Source of the DNA: Promethearchaeota archaeon
Lineage (GTDB): Archaea; Asgardarchaeota; Lokiarchaeia; Sigyniarchaeales; SOKP01
Length of the DNA stretch: 64,000 bases
Direction: 5' to 3'
NCBI GenBank assembly: GCA_019058245.1
Contig: JAHPZJ010000017.1
Span: forward strand, 11,134 to 75,133
Of this stretch, positions 40,839 through 50,193 are shown in pieces (the stretch's first letter is position 1; every line of letters starts with the position of its first letter). The position numbers and the translations under genes were made by a program. Below the pieces are notes generated by a model. It saw only the letters and a list, made by a program, of their open reading frames with translations. It searched no databases and was not told the origin of the DNA.

Positions 40839-43019
40839 ATGATTCTAGCAGAAAAAAAATATAAAATCCAAGAAATCCAAAGAGGGTATGTAAATCGGAC
40901 TCTATATATCAATCTTAGTAGAAATGAAATTTCTATAAAGCCTGTTTCTGAAGAAATGAAAGATAAATTTATTGGAGGAAAGGGCTTTGATTTATGGCTT
41001 ATGTGGAACTCTCTTCCAAAAGATCAAATTGTAAAATGGGATGATCCTGAGAATGAGATTTGCATATCTTCAGGTCCATTAGGGGGGAGTATTTTTTATC
41101 CAGGTTCTGGAAAGTCAATTGTTACTTCAATATCTCCTCTAACAGGCATTATTATCGATTCTAATGTTGGAGGATACTTCGGACCTTATCTTAAATTTTC
41201 AGGTTTTGACGCATTAGAAATACAAGGAAAAGCGAAAAAAGATGTTGTCATTTATATTGATGGTATTGAGGGAATAATTCAAATTGAAGAAGTTGAAGAT
41301 TCTGAGAATTTATCAGAATTTTCTCATGAACTTACTCAACAATTAACAGAGAAGTATGCTATAGATGATGCGGAAAAAAGACAAATCTCTGTCGTTAGCA
41401 GTGGTCCAGCAGCTAAACATTCAAAGTGGGGGATGTTAAATTTCTCGTGGTATTCAACAATGCGCAAACATGCTTCTGTTAAGCAAGCAGGTAGAGGGGG
41501 AATAGGAACTGTATTTAGAAATAAAACTATAAGAGCATTAGTTTGTCGTTCTCCCAGCGTTTCAATAAGATCAAATAATCCAGCGGATTTAGAAACTGCG
41601 CGAGAACTTGGAAAGATTCATAGTAAAGATATTATGGATGTGGATCCTTTACAGAATGAAATGCGAAGAGTTGGAACGGGTTATTTACCAGATATTATGA
41701 ATGTCGTTGATCTACTTCCAACCGAGAACTTTCGATATGGTTCTCATAAAGAAATTAAAGATAAAAATATATCTTATAGTCGTGAAGAAATGCGAAAGGT
41801 TTATCATGTCAAAGAAGGAACGGATGGATGCTGGATTGGGTGCACTATGAGTTGTTCACATTATACAACGGGTCATAAAGTTTTGACAGGTCCTTTTAAA
41901 GGTCAAGAAGTAATTGTAGATGGTCCAGAATATGAAACTATAGCGGGGTGTGGATCAAATTGGGGAGTATGGGATGTAAAATGGGTTCTTGAAGTTAATT
42001 TTTATTGTGATACCTATGGTTTAGACACCATTTCTGTCGGGACAGGAATTGCTTTTGTTATGGAATGCTATGAGAAAGGTATTCTAAACAAAGAAATCAC
42101 GGGAAACCTTGAACTTAAATTTGGAAATGCTGAAGCTGCTTTAGAGTTAATACATCAGATGGCACGAGGAGATGGTTTTGGTGTAATTGTAGGAAAAGGA
42201 ATTAGGGAAATGAAAAAATTTTTTACCGAAAACTATGGTGGTAATCCTCAGTTTCTTAATGACATAGGGATGGAGCACAAAGGATTAGAATTTTCAGAAT
42301 ATATGACAAAAGAATCACTCGCTCAGCAAGGAGGATATGGATTAGCTCTTAAAGGGCCACAACATGATGAAGCATGGTTAATTTTTGAGGATATGGTAAG
42401 AAATACAATTCCAACTTTTGAAGATAAAGCAAAAGCTTTACGCTGGTTCCCTTATTGGAGGACCTGGTTCTCTTTAAATGGACTTTGTAAGCTCCCTTGG
42501 AACGATGCTATTGGCCCTCAAAATAAAGAACTTCCAATAAAAGATCCTGAAACAGGAGAGCTTCTCCAAGCTCGTGTTCCTTATCATGTTGAATGGTATG
42601 CCAAATATTTTTCAGCAGTTACAGGAAGAATCTCGACTCCAGATGATCTTATCATGATGTCAGAGAGAGTATACAATTTTCAGAGAATTTTTAATATTCG
42701 TTTGGGACAAGGGTTGCGTTCTGGAGACTCTAATTTACCATATAGATCAATGGGACCAGTTACAACCTTAGAATATGAAAGTCGTCAAGAAAGATATGAT
42801 GATCAACTTAAAGAATTAGGATTTGATCTATCAGATAAAAATACAGAAGAAAAAATAATGATTCTTCGAAAACATCGTGTTGAACAATATTCAAGACTTC
42901 AAGATGCCGTTTATAAGGAACGTGGATGGAATTTGAAAGGCTGTCCTACAATAGAAAAAATAAAAGAGTTAGGGATTAATTATGAAGATATTATGTCTAT
43001 AATTAAATTATATCAATAA
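40839..43019 (+). CDS. aor: Aldehyde:ferredoxin oxidoreductase family (W/Mo-bis-pterin)
   Basis: FIGGKG, SPLTG..DSNVGGYFG, GFDALEIQG, AGRGGIG, GCWIGCTMSC, GPEYET, CDTYGLDTIS and LCK motifs. Confidence 0.9.
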   Translation: MILAEKKYKIQEIQRGYVNRTLYINLSRNEISIKPVSEEMKDKFIGGKGFDLWLMWNSLPKDQIVKWDDPENEICISSGPLGGSIFYPGSGKSIVTSISPLTGIIIDSNVGGYFGPYLKFSGFDALEIQGKAKKDVVIYIDGIEGIIQIEEVEDSENLSEFSHELTQQLTEKYAIDDAEKRQISVVSSGPAAKHSKWGMLNFSWYSTMRKHASVKQAGRGGIGTVFRNKTIRALVCRSPSVSIRSNNPADLETARELGKIHSKDIMDVDPLQNEMRRVGTGYLPDIMNVVDLLPTENFRYGSHKEIKDKNISYSREEMRKVYHVKEGTDGCWIGCTMSCSHYTTGHKVLTGPFKGQEVIVDGPEYETIAGCGSNWGVWDVKWVLEVNFYCDTYGLDTISVGTGIAFVMECYEKGILNKEITGNLELKFGNAEAALELIHQMARGDGFGVIVGKGIREMKKFFTENYGGNPQFLNDIGMEHKGLEFSEYMTKESLAQQGGYGLALKGPQHDEAWLIFEDMVRNTIPTFEDKAKALRWFPYWRTWFSLNGLCKLPWNDAIGPQNKELPIKDPETGELLQARVPYHVEWYAKYFSAVTGRISTPDDLIMMSERVYNFQRIFNIRLGQGLRSGDSNLPYRSMGPVTTLEYESRQERYDDQLKELGFDLSDKNTEEKIMILRKHRVEQYSRLQDAVYKERGWNLKGCPTIEKIKELGINYEDIMSIIKLYQ

Positions 43020-43122
43020 TTATAAATCTTTTAAATTAAATCATTCCTATATTAATCTTTTCTATAATTTTGCATAGTTATATTTATTAATTATAAATAT
43101 TTAGATTATAATCCGAAATGAA

Positions 43123-45207
43123 ATGGACGATATAAAAAAGCATCCTATTTTAGATATACAAAAAAGAAAAAAGATTTCTTTTATTTTTAACGGTGAAAAA
43201 TTAATTGGATTTGAGGGAATGGTTATATCTTCAGCACTTTTTTTAAATAAAATAAAAATTTTTGGTCATCATATTAAAGATAATAGCCCTCAAGGTATAT
43301 TTTGTGCTAATGGGCAATGTGCTCAATGTAATGTAATTGTGAATAGTATTCCTGTAAAAGCATGTATGACTATTCTTAAGGAAGGTATGAGAATAGAAAG
43401 TTGTGATGGATTACCAGAGCTGCCTGCTGAAGATAATGAAGTAAATGTAAGCAATGCTGAAGTTGTTGAAATCGAAGTACTTATAATAGGTGCAGGTCCT
43501 GCAGGATTATCTGCTACAAAGATTTTAGGAGAACATAAGGTTAAAGTGATTTTAGTTGATGATAAGGGTAAACTTGGGGGTAAATTAGTTCTTCAAACAC
43601 ATAAATTCTTTGGTTCTCAGAAAGATGTATATGCTGGAAAACGTGGAATAGATATTGCTAAAATTTTAAGTAATTCTATTGAAGCTAATTCAAATGTTCA
43701 GATTTGGCTAAATAGTGTATGTTTAGCAGTATTTAGTGATGGGTTAGTTGGAATCTTGAAGAATAATAAAGAATATGTCTTAATAAAACCTAAATTTTTG
43801 TTTATTGCTACTGGAGCCAGAGAAAAACAGTTAGTTTTTCCGGGAAATACATTACCAGGAGTATATGGTGCTGGTGCCTTTCAAACTCTAGTTAATCGTG
43901 ATTTAATAAAGGCAGCAGATAAAATTTTCATTATAGGAGGAGGTAATGTAGGCTTAATTGCAGGATATCATGCAATCCAAGCAGGTATAGAAGTGGTTGG
44001 TTTAATTGAAGCTTTACCTCAGTGTACCGGATATAAAGTACATGAAAATAAACTTAGAAGATTAGGTGTTCCAATTTATACTCGTCATGTTATTATTTCA
44101 GCTAATGGTAAAAAAAATGTAGAATCTACAACAATTGCAGAAATTGATGATAATTCTAAAGTAATTTCTGGATCTGAAAAGACATATGCCTGTGATACCA
44201 TTTTAATTGCCGTAGGATTAAATCCAGTCAATGAACTTTATCAAAAAGCAAAAGATTTTGAATTCAAAGTATGGGAAGCTGGAGATGCTCAAGAAATTGC
44301 AGAGGCTTCAGCTGCAATATTTACAGGGAAAATTGAAGCTTTAAAGATACTTAAAGAAATTGGGATTGAATTTTCTGAAAATATCAGCGAATTAGAAGAA
44401 TCCGCTAATTTAATGAAAACTAAACCTCCACAGCCAATAAAAACTGAAATAAAATTTAAAGAAGAGGGCATATATCCTGTTTTTTATTGTAATCAAGAGA
44501 TACCATGTAATCCATGTACTACTGTATGTGAGCATGAACAAATTGAAACTATTGATGATTTGATAACACAATTACCTTATTTTAAGAATGAAAAAGAGTG
44601 TATTGGATGTGGAAAGTGTGTTGCTGTATGTCCAGGATTAGCTGTTGTATTAATAGATTATCGCAAAGATCGAAATAATCTATTAGTTACTTTTCCCTTT
44701 GAATTAACAGAGGATAAATTAGAGAAAGGACAAAAAGTTATTGTTGTTAGTAATGATGAGGAATTAGGTACATTTGAAATTCATAGAGCTCGAATTTTAA
44801 AAGACTATCCTAAAACTCAATTAGTTACCATAAAATTGCCTTCTAAAATTGCAAAACAAGCAGTAGCAATTAAACTATTTCAAACCAAATTCAATGAACC
44901 AATAGATTTATATCAAAAAACCTTAACTGATGATGATACAATAGTATGTAGATGTGAACGTGTGTCAGTAGGAGAAGTTCGAAAATGGATACGTTCAGGA
45001 GTGAAGGATTTCAATGAATTAAAAGCATTGACTAAAGTAGGAATGGGCGCTTGCGGAGGTAAAACTTGTACACCGTTAATTGAAAGAATATTTCGAGAGG
45101 AAGGTATCGCAATTGAAGATATTATACATGGAACAAAACGTCCTCTATTTATTGAAGTTCCGATGGGTATATTCGCTAATGCTAAAAATAAAAATGAGGA
45201 ACTCTAA
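43123..45207 (+). CDS. Proline dehydrogenase/sarcosine oxidase alpha-like fusion: 2Fe-2S + FAD/NAD oxidoreductase + 2[4Fe-4S] ferredoxin + BFD-like domain
   Basis: FCANGQCAQC, GAGPAGL, ATGARE, GGGNVG, CNQEIPCNPCTTVC, CIGCGKCVAVCP and CRCE...GACGGKTC. Confidence 0.85.
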   Translation: MDDIKKHPILDIQKRKKISFIFNGEKLIGFEGMVISSALFLNKIKIFGHHIKDNSPQGIFCANGQCAQCNVIVNSIPVKACMTILKEGMRIESCDGLPELPAEDNEVNVSNAEVVEIEVLIIGAGPAGLSATKILGEHKVKVILVDDKGKLGGKLVLQTHKFFGSQKDVYAGKRGIDIAKILSNSIEANSNVQIWLNSVCLAVFSDGLVGILKNNKEYVLIKPKFLFIATGAREKQLVFPGNTLPGVYGAGAFQTLVNRDLIKAADKIFIIGGGNVGLIAGYHAIQAGIEVVGLIEALPQCTGYKVHENKLRRLGVPIYTRHVIISANGKKNVESTTIAEIDDNSKVISGSEKTYACDTILIAVGLNPVNELYQKAKDFEFKVWEAGDAQEIAEASAAIFTGKIEALKILKEIGIEFSENISELEESANLMKTKPPQPIKTEIKFKEEGIYPVFYCNQEIPCNPCTTVCEHEQIETIDDLITQLPYFKNEKECIGCGKCVAVCPGLAVVLIDYRKDRNNLLVTFPFELTEDKLEKGQKVIVVSNDEELGTFEIHRARILKDYPKTQLVTIKLPSKIAKQAVAIKLFQTKFNEPIDLYQKTLTDDDTIVCRCERVSVGEVRKWIRSGVKDFNELKALTKVGMGACGGKTCTPLIERIFREEGIAIEDIIHGTKRPLFIEVPMGIFANAKNKNEEL

Positions 45208-46374
45208 ATGGTTGAATATGATGTGATCATTATAGGTGCGGGTAGTGTTGGTGTTCCTACGGCTTTAGCTACTGCAAATGATGGATTAAAAACACTCGTA
45301 ATTGATTCACTGCCCTCAGTAGCACAAGCAGATAATAAACATGCTATTGGGGGAATTAGAGCTACTCACTCTCATAAAGGAAAAATATGGTTATGTCAAA
45401 GATCAATTGAAATTTTCTCTTCTTGGGAAGAACGATATGGAGATGATATTTGGTGGACTCAGGGAGGTTATACATTTTTAGCATTTACAAAAGAACATGA
45501 AAATCAGTTAAAGGAAACTGTAAAACTTCAAAAAAGTTATGGATTAAATATTAATTATGTTAATGCAAATAAAATTAAGAATTTAATACCAGGTATCAAT
45601 GATGATAATCTATTAGGGGGAACACATAGCCCTGAAGATGGTAATGCTTCCCCTCTATTATCATTACATGCATTTTTTCGAAGATCAAAAAATTTAGGAG
45701 CAAAATATCAATTCAAAGAAAAAGTTACAGATATATTAACTAAAAATAATAGAGTAATTGGGATCAAAACTACAAGAAGCCAATATAAAACACAATCAAT
45801 TATTAATGCCGCAGGCGCTCATGCTAAAGAAATTGGAAATATGATTGGCATAGATACTCCAATAGAACCAGAATCACATGAAGCAGGAATAACAGAACCA
45901 GTAAAAAAATTCTTTACTCCAATGGTAGTGGATATTAGTGTTTGTTATGATCCCAAATTTGGAAACTCGAGGAATTATTATTTCTATCAAAATAAAGAGG
46001 GTAAAATACTTTTTTGTATAACTCCCGATCCAAATATTATAGGAATGGATCGTAATGAAACTAGCTCTTTTCTACCTCAGATCTCCAAGAGAATGATCCA
46101 ACTTATTCCACGATTAAGGAACATAAAAGTAAGACGAACATGGCGAGGATTATATCCAATGACACCTGATGGGAATCCAATCATAGGAAAAGTAGATGAG
46201 ATGAAAGGATATTTTAATGCTATTGGAATGTGTGGTCAAGGATTTATGCTAGGACCTGGATTAGGAGAACTTCTCAGTCGTATTTTAACAGATAAAGAAA
46301 CTTCGAGAGATAAAGAGATCTTAGAAACTCTCTGTCATAATCGTGATTTTAGTATAGAAGAAGAATTAAAATAA
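45208..46374 (+). CDS. FAD-dependent amine oxidoreductase (proline dehydrogenase/sarcosine oxidase beta-like, DAO family)
   Basis: IIIGAGSVG, INAAGAHA, WRGLYPMTPDGNPIIG and GMCGQGFMLGP; ATG directly after the upstream stop. Confidence 0.85.
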   Translation: MVEYDVIIIGAGSVGVPTALATANDGLKTLVIDSLPSVAQADNKHAIGGIRATHSHKGKIWLCQRSIEIFSSWEERYGDDIWWTQGGYTFLAFTKEHENQLKETVKLQKSYGLNINYVNANKIKNLIPGINDDNLLGGTHSPEDGNASPLLSLHAFFRRSKNLGAKYQFKEKVTDILTKNNRVIGIKTTRSQYKTQSIINAAGAHAKEIGNMIGIDTPIEPESHEAGITEPVKKFFTPMVVDISVCYDPKFGNSRNYYFYQNKEGKILFCITPDPNIIGMDRNETSSFLPQISKRMIQLIPRLRNIKVRRTWRGLYPMTPDGNPIIGKVDEMKGYFNAIGMCGQGFMLGPGLGELLSRILTDKETSRDKEILETLCHNRDFSIEEELK

Positions 46375-46461
46375 CTATTTTAAAAGAAATAAACTCAACT
46401 GATTTATATCAAGTATTTCTTTTTAATACTTAATTATAATAAAAAATTCAAAATCGTTAAA

Positions 46462-47394
46462 ATGCTTCGACATTTATTAAAAGTCTCTGATTTTTCAAAG
46501 AATGAGTGCGAGAAGGTTATTAATAAAGCAATAGAGCTTAAGAAAAATCCTAAGAAATTTAATTCAATTTTAGAAGGTGAAACACTTTTGATGTTTTTTG
46601 AAAAACCCTCTTTAAGAACACGAATTTCATTTGAAACAGGAATGCAACAATTAGGAGGGCATGCAATTTTTTATTCGATTAAAGACTCTCCTTTAGGTAA
46701 AAAAGAAAACCTTTCAGATACTGCTAAGGTTGCTTCTAGATTTGTAAATATTATTGCTGCTCGGGTTTTTAAACGACAAGATATTAGGGATCTTGCTAAA
46801 TATGCAGAAGTTCCTGTGATAAATATGTTGGATGATTTTGCACACCCATGTCAGATTTTAGGAGATTTTCAGACTATTAAAGAGAAAAAAAACAGTTTAA
46901 CTACCATGAAACTATCATATTTTGGTGATGCTCATAATAATGTTACTTATGATTTAATGCGAATTTGTGCAATGTTTGGATGGAGAATGGATGTTGCATG
47001 CCCTGATGTTCCAGAATATTCACCTGAACAAATAGTTTTAGATGAGGTTTCTGATTTATCCAAAGAAACTGGTGCAGAAGTACAAGTTATTCATAATGCC
47101 ACAAATGCAGCTCAAGATTCTAGTGTAATATATACTGATAGTTGGATGAGCTATGGGATACCTCAAGAGCAGGAAGAAGAACGGAAAAAGGCTTTTATGC
47201 CTTTTCAAGTTACCCCTTCAATTATGAAAGTTGCAAAACCAGATGTGGTCTTTATGAATTGTTTGCCAGCAATGAGAGGATATGAACAAACAGCTGATGT
47301 AATTGATGGTCCTCAATCAATTGTTTTTGATCAAGCAGAAAATAGATTGCATATTCAAAAAGCAATTATGTTGTTTTTAAGAGAAAAATTTTAA
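46462..47394 (+). CDS. arcB: Ornithine carbamoyltransferase
   Basis: FEKPSLRT, HPCQ, YTDSWMSYG, CLPA and FDQAENR motifs. Confidence 0.92.
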   Translation: MLRHLLKVSDFSKNECEKVINKAIELKKNPKKFNSILEGETLLMFFEKPSLRTRISFETGMQQLGGHAIFYSIKDSPLGKKENLSDTAKVASRFVNIIAARVFKRQDIRDLAKYAEVPVINMLDDFAHPCQILGDFQTIKEKKNSLTTMKLSYFGDAHNNVTYDLMRICAMFGWRMDVACPDVPEYSPEQIVLDEVSDLSKETGAEVQVIHNATNAAQDSSVIYTDSWMSYGIPQEQEEERKKAFMPFQVTPSIMKVAKPDVVFMNCLPAMRGYEQTADVIDGPQSIVFDQAENRLHIQKAIMLFLREKF

Positions 47395-47458
47395 ATATTA
47401 AGTTATCTATTAATATTTTTTCTAAAAGTCTTGATATCTTGATTTTAGAGGTTGGAAT

Positions 47459-48370
47459 TTGAAAACATTAATCGTAGCACTTGGAGGGAATGCCTTAATA
47501 AAATTTGGAGAAGAAGGTACCACAGAAGAACAATTTCGGAATTTAAGAGTTCCAATTAGTCAAATTGCGAAACTCGCAAGAGACTATAACATTATTATTA
47601 CACATGGTAATGGCCCACAAGTAGGAAATCTCTTATTACAGCAGGAAGCAACAGCATTCATCTCAAAAAGTCCTTTACAAATATTAGTAGCAGAAACTCA
47701 AGGTCAAATTGGATTTATGATTGAAAGTACTTTAGATGAAGAGCTTATGAAAATTGGGTTGGATCAAGAAAAACTCTTCCTTACTGTTTTAACTTATGTA
47801 GAAGTTGATCCTGAGGATCCTGCTTTTAAAAACCCTACAAAACCCGTTGGACCTGCTTATCCTGTACGTACAAAATTAGGTCAAATCAAAACAGCTAAGG
47901 GGTGGCGACGTGTAGTTCCTTCTCCTGAACCGATAAAAATTTACCAATGGCGTGAAATTAAAAAACTTATGGAGCTTGGAAGTTGGATCGTAATTGCCTG
48001 TGGAGGAGGAGGTATTCCTGTCATAAAAGAAGGGAATAATTTATATGGAGTCGAAGCTGTTATTGATAAGGATCTTGCTAGTGCAAAATTAGGAGAACAA
48101 ATTAAAGCAGATATTTTATTAATCGCAACTGATGTTGAGAAGGTTGCTTTAAATTATGGAAAATATAATGAAAAATTATTAGAAAAACTTTCTGTGTCAG
48201 AAGCAGAAGAATATCTTAAAGAAGGTCAATTTCCTGCAGGAAGTATGGGTCCAAAAGTAAAAGCAATAATTAATTTCTTAAAGTCTGGAGGAAAACAAGC
48301 AATGATCACATCTATTGATAAAATAAAACAAGCTCTCAATCTTAAAGCAGGAACTCACTTTTTTTATTAA
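47459..48370 (+). CDS. arcC: Carbamate kinase
   Basis: ALGGNAL, THGNGPQVG, PTKPVG, RRVVPSP, GGGGIPV, AVIDKD and GSMGPK. Confidence 0.93.
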   Translation: MKTLIVALGGNALIKFGEEGTTEEQFRNLRVPISQIAKLARDYNIIITHGNGPQVGNLLLQQEATAFISKSPLQILVAETQGQIGFMIESTLDEELMKIGLDQEKLFLTVLTYVEVDPEDPAFKNPTKPVGPAYPVRTKLGQIKTAKGWRRVVPSPEPIKIYQWREIKKLMELGSWIVIACGGGGIPVIKEGNNLYGVEAVIDKDLASAKLGEQIKADILLIATDVEKVALNYGKYNEKLLEKLSVSEAEEYLKEGQFPAGSMGPKVKAIINFLKSGGKQAMITSIDKIKQALNLKAGTHFFY

Positions 48371-48423
48371 AATAATTTAAAGGGATACAATAAAATAAAT
48401 GGAATTATCAATACTTTCTCTAA

Positions 48424-49695
48424 TTAAGAAATAAGTACTTTTTCAATAATTTCAAGAGCTAAATCAATTTCATTTTTTGTAATGACTAAAGGTGGAGCTA
48501 ATCTAATAATTGTTGAATGTGTATCTTTTGCTAAGATACCATTATCCTTTAATTGTTCGACAATTTGTCTAGCATCTTCTTCAAATTCAATTGCGATTAG
48601 TAATCCTTTTCCTCTAATTTCTTTAATAGGTATTTTAGTTCTTTTCTGAGAAATTTCATTTAATCTCTTTAAAAAGTAATCCCCCATCTCTTTAGCCCGT
48701 TCGGCAAGATTGTCCCGTAAATGAATATCTATAGATTTCATCCCAATTGCAGAAGCTAAAGGGTTTCCACCAAATGTGCTTCCATGAGTCCCTGGAGTTA
48801 TTACTTCTGGACCAATAATTTCTTTGGTACTTACACATGCAGATATTGGATAAACTCCACCACCAAGAGCTTTACCTAATAAGATCATATCTGGTTTCAC
48901 ATCCTCATGTTCACAAGCAAAAAATTTACCAGTTCGACAAAAACCAGTTTGAACTTCATCAGAAATTAACACTATATTATATTTTGTACAGATTTCTCTT
49001 ACTTTTTTTAAATATCCTTTGGGAGGAATCTTTACACCCGCTTCTCCTTGAATAGGTTCTACTAAGAAAGCAGCCACTTTTTCAGGACCAATTTCTAAGA
49101 TTGCCTTTTCCAATTCCTTCGCATCTCCATACGGAATAATATTAAATCCTGGGGTAAAGGGACCAAAGTATCCGTAATACCTTACTGCTGAAATGTCAGA
49201 ACTAAAACCCACAATAGTAACTGTTCTTCCATGAAAATTGTTTCTGCACACGATTATTCTTGCTTCATCTTTGGGGATTTTTTTTTTAATATAACCCCAA
49301 GCTCTTACTACTTTTATAGCAGTCGAAACAGCTTCTGTTCCTGTACTCATTGGAAGAGACATTATTCCACTATTATTTGGGTCATAAATGTGTGGTCCAA
49401 CAACATCTGCCAACATTTTAAGAAACGGTCCCATCATTGTGTTATGAAATGCCCGAGAAGTGAGAGTAACAATATCGGCTTGTTCTTTTAATGTCGCGAC
49501 AATTTCAGGATGACAATGACCCAAATTTTGACTTGAGTAGGCAGATAAACAATCTAAATATTTTTTACCTTCCGGATCATAAACCCAAACTCCTTCAGCC
49601 CGCGAAATTACTACTGGAATTGGATGATAATTATGTGCACCATATTCCAAATCCATTTTAATATAATCTTTTGAACTTGGCATTAAATATCCCAT
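48424..49695 (-). CDS. rocD: Ornithine--oxo-acid aminotransferase (class III PLP enzyme)
   Basis: YGAHNYHPIPVV, LSAYS, LTSRAFH, FHGRT, EPIQGEAG, DEVQTG, GKALGGG and HGSTFGGNPL. Confidence 0.9.
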   Translation of the reverse strand: MGYLMPSSKDYIKMDLEYGAHNYHPIPVVISRAEGVWVYDPEGKKYLDCLSAYSSQNLGHCHPEIVATLKEQADIVTLTSRAFHNTMMGPFLKMLADVVGPHIYDPNNSGIMSLPMSTGTEAVSTAIKVVRAWGYIKKKIPKDEARIIVCRNNFHGRTVTIVGFSSDISAVRYYGYFGPFTPGFNIIPYGDAKELEKAILEIGPEKVAAFLVEPIQGEAGVKIPPKGYLKKVREICTKYNIVLISDEVQTGFCRTGKFFACEHEDVKPDMILLGKALGGGVYPISACVSTKEIIGPEVITPGTHGSTFGGNPLASAIGMKSIDIHLRDNLAERAKEMGDYFLKRLNEISQKRTKIPIKEIRGKGLLIAIEFEEDARQIVEQLKDNGILAKDTHSTIIRLAPPLVITKNEIDLALEIIEKVLIS

Positions 49696-49890
49696 TTAAT
49701 TCTCTTAGTTAAGATTGACAATTAATAAATAGATAAATATTGAAAAATTTTAATTATTTTCCAAAAATTCAATGAGGGAATAATATGGGTAAATTAAAAT
49801 TATGTTAGTTATAATTACTTTAATTATTATCTCAGTAGCATATTCAAAATAAAAAAAATAGGAATAACAAATGTAAAAAAAACATAAAAA

Positions 49891-50193
49891 TTATTCTTGC
49901 ACTTGAATAATTTCTGTTGATTCTTTTTCTTCCCTAAGATCTAATAGTTTTAATATTTCAACACCAAAAATGTTTGATAAGATTTTATTCATCTCAGATC
50001 CTCCCATATAACCCTGACATCCTAAATGAAGTTTATGAAAATGTCCTCCTAATTTAGTCTCAACCTCTTTTATGAAATTAATAACTTTTTCTTCTAAAGA
50101 TTGGGATGGCGTATCATTTAATAAAAATACTACTTTAAATTCTCCATTTGTAAAGAGCCCTCCCGATAAATATCCATCTCTAAATTTAATCGA
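49891..50193 (-). pseudogene. Start-less open frame (~100 codons) encoding a longin-like C-terminal fragment, in the -1 frame relative to the RelA/SpoT-like ORF
   Basis: Translates to IKFRDGYLSGGLFTNGEFKVVFLLNDTPSQSLEEKVINFIKEVETKLGG...QVQE*; no N-terminal ATG/GTG/TTG. Confidence 0.55.

Noticed and set aside
37231-46412. TTTATATCAA upstream of both arcE (37231) and arcB (46403) as an arginine regulon box
   Set aside because: Most simply explained as ordinary TATA boxes; similar sequence precedes unrelated genes such as the acyl-CoA dehydrogenase.
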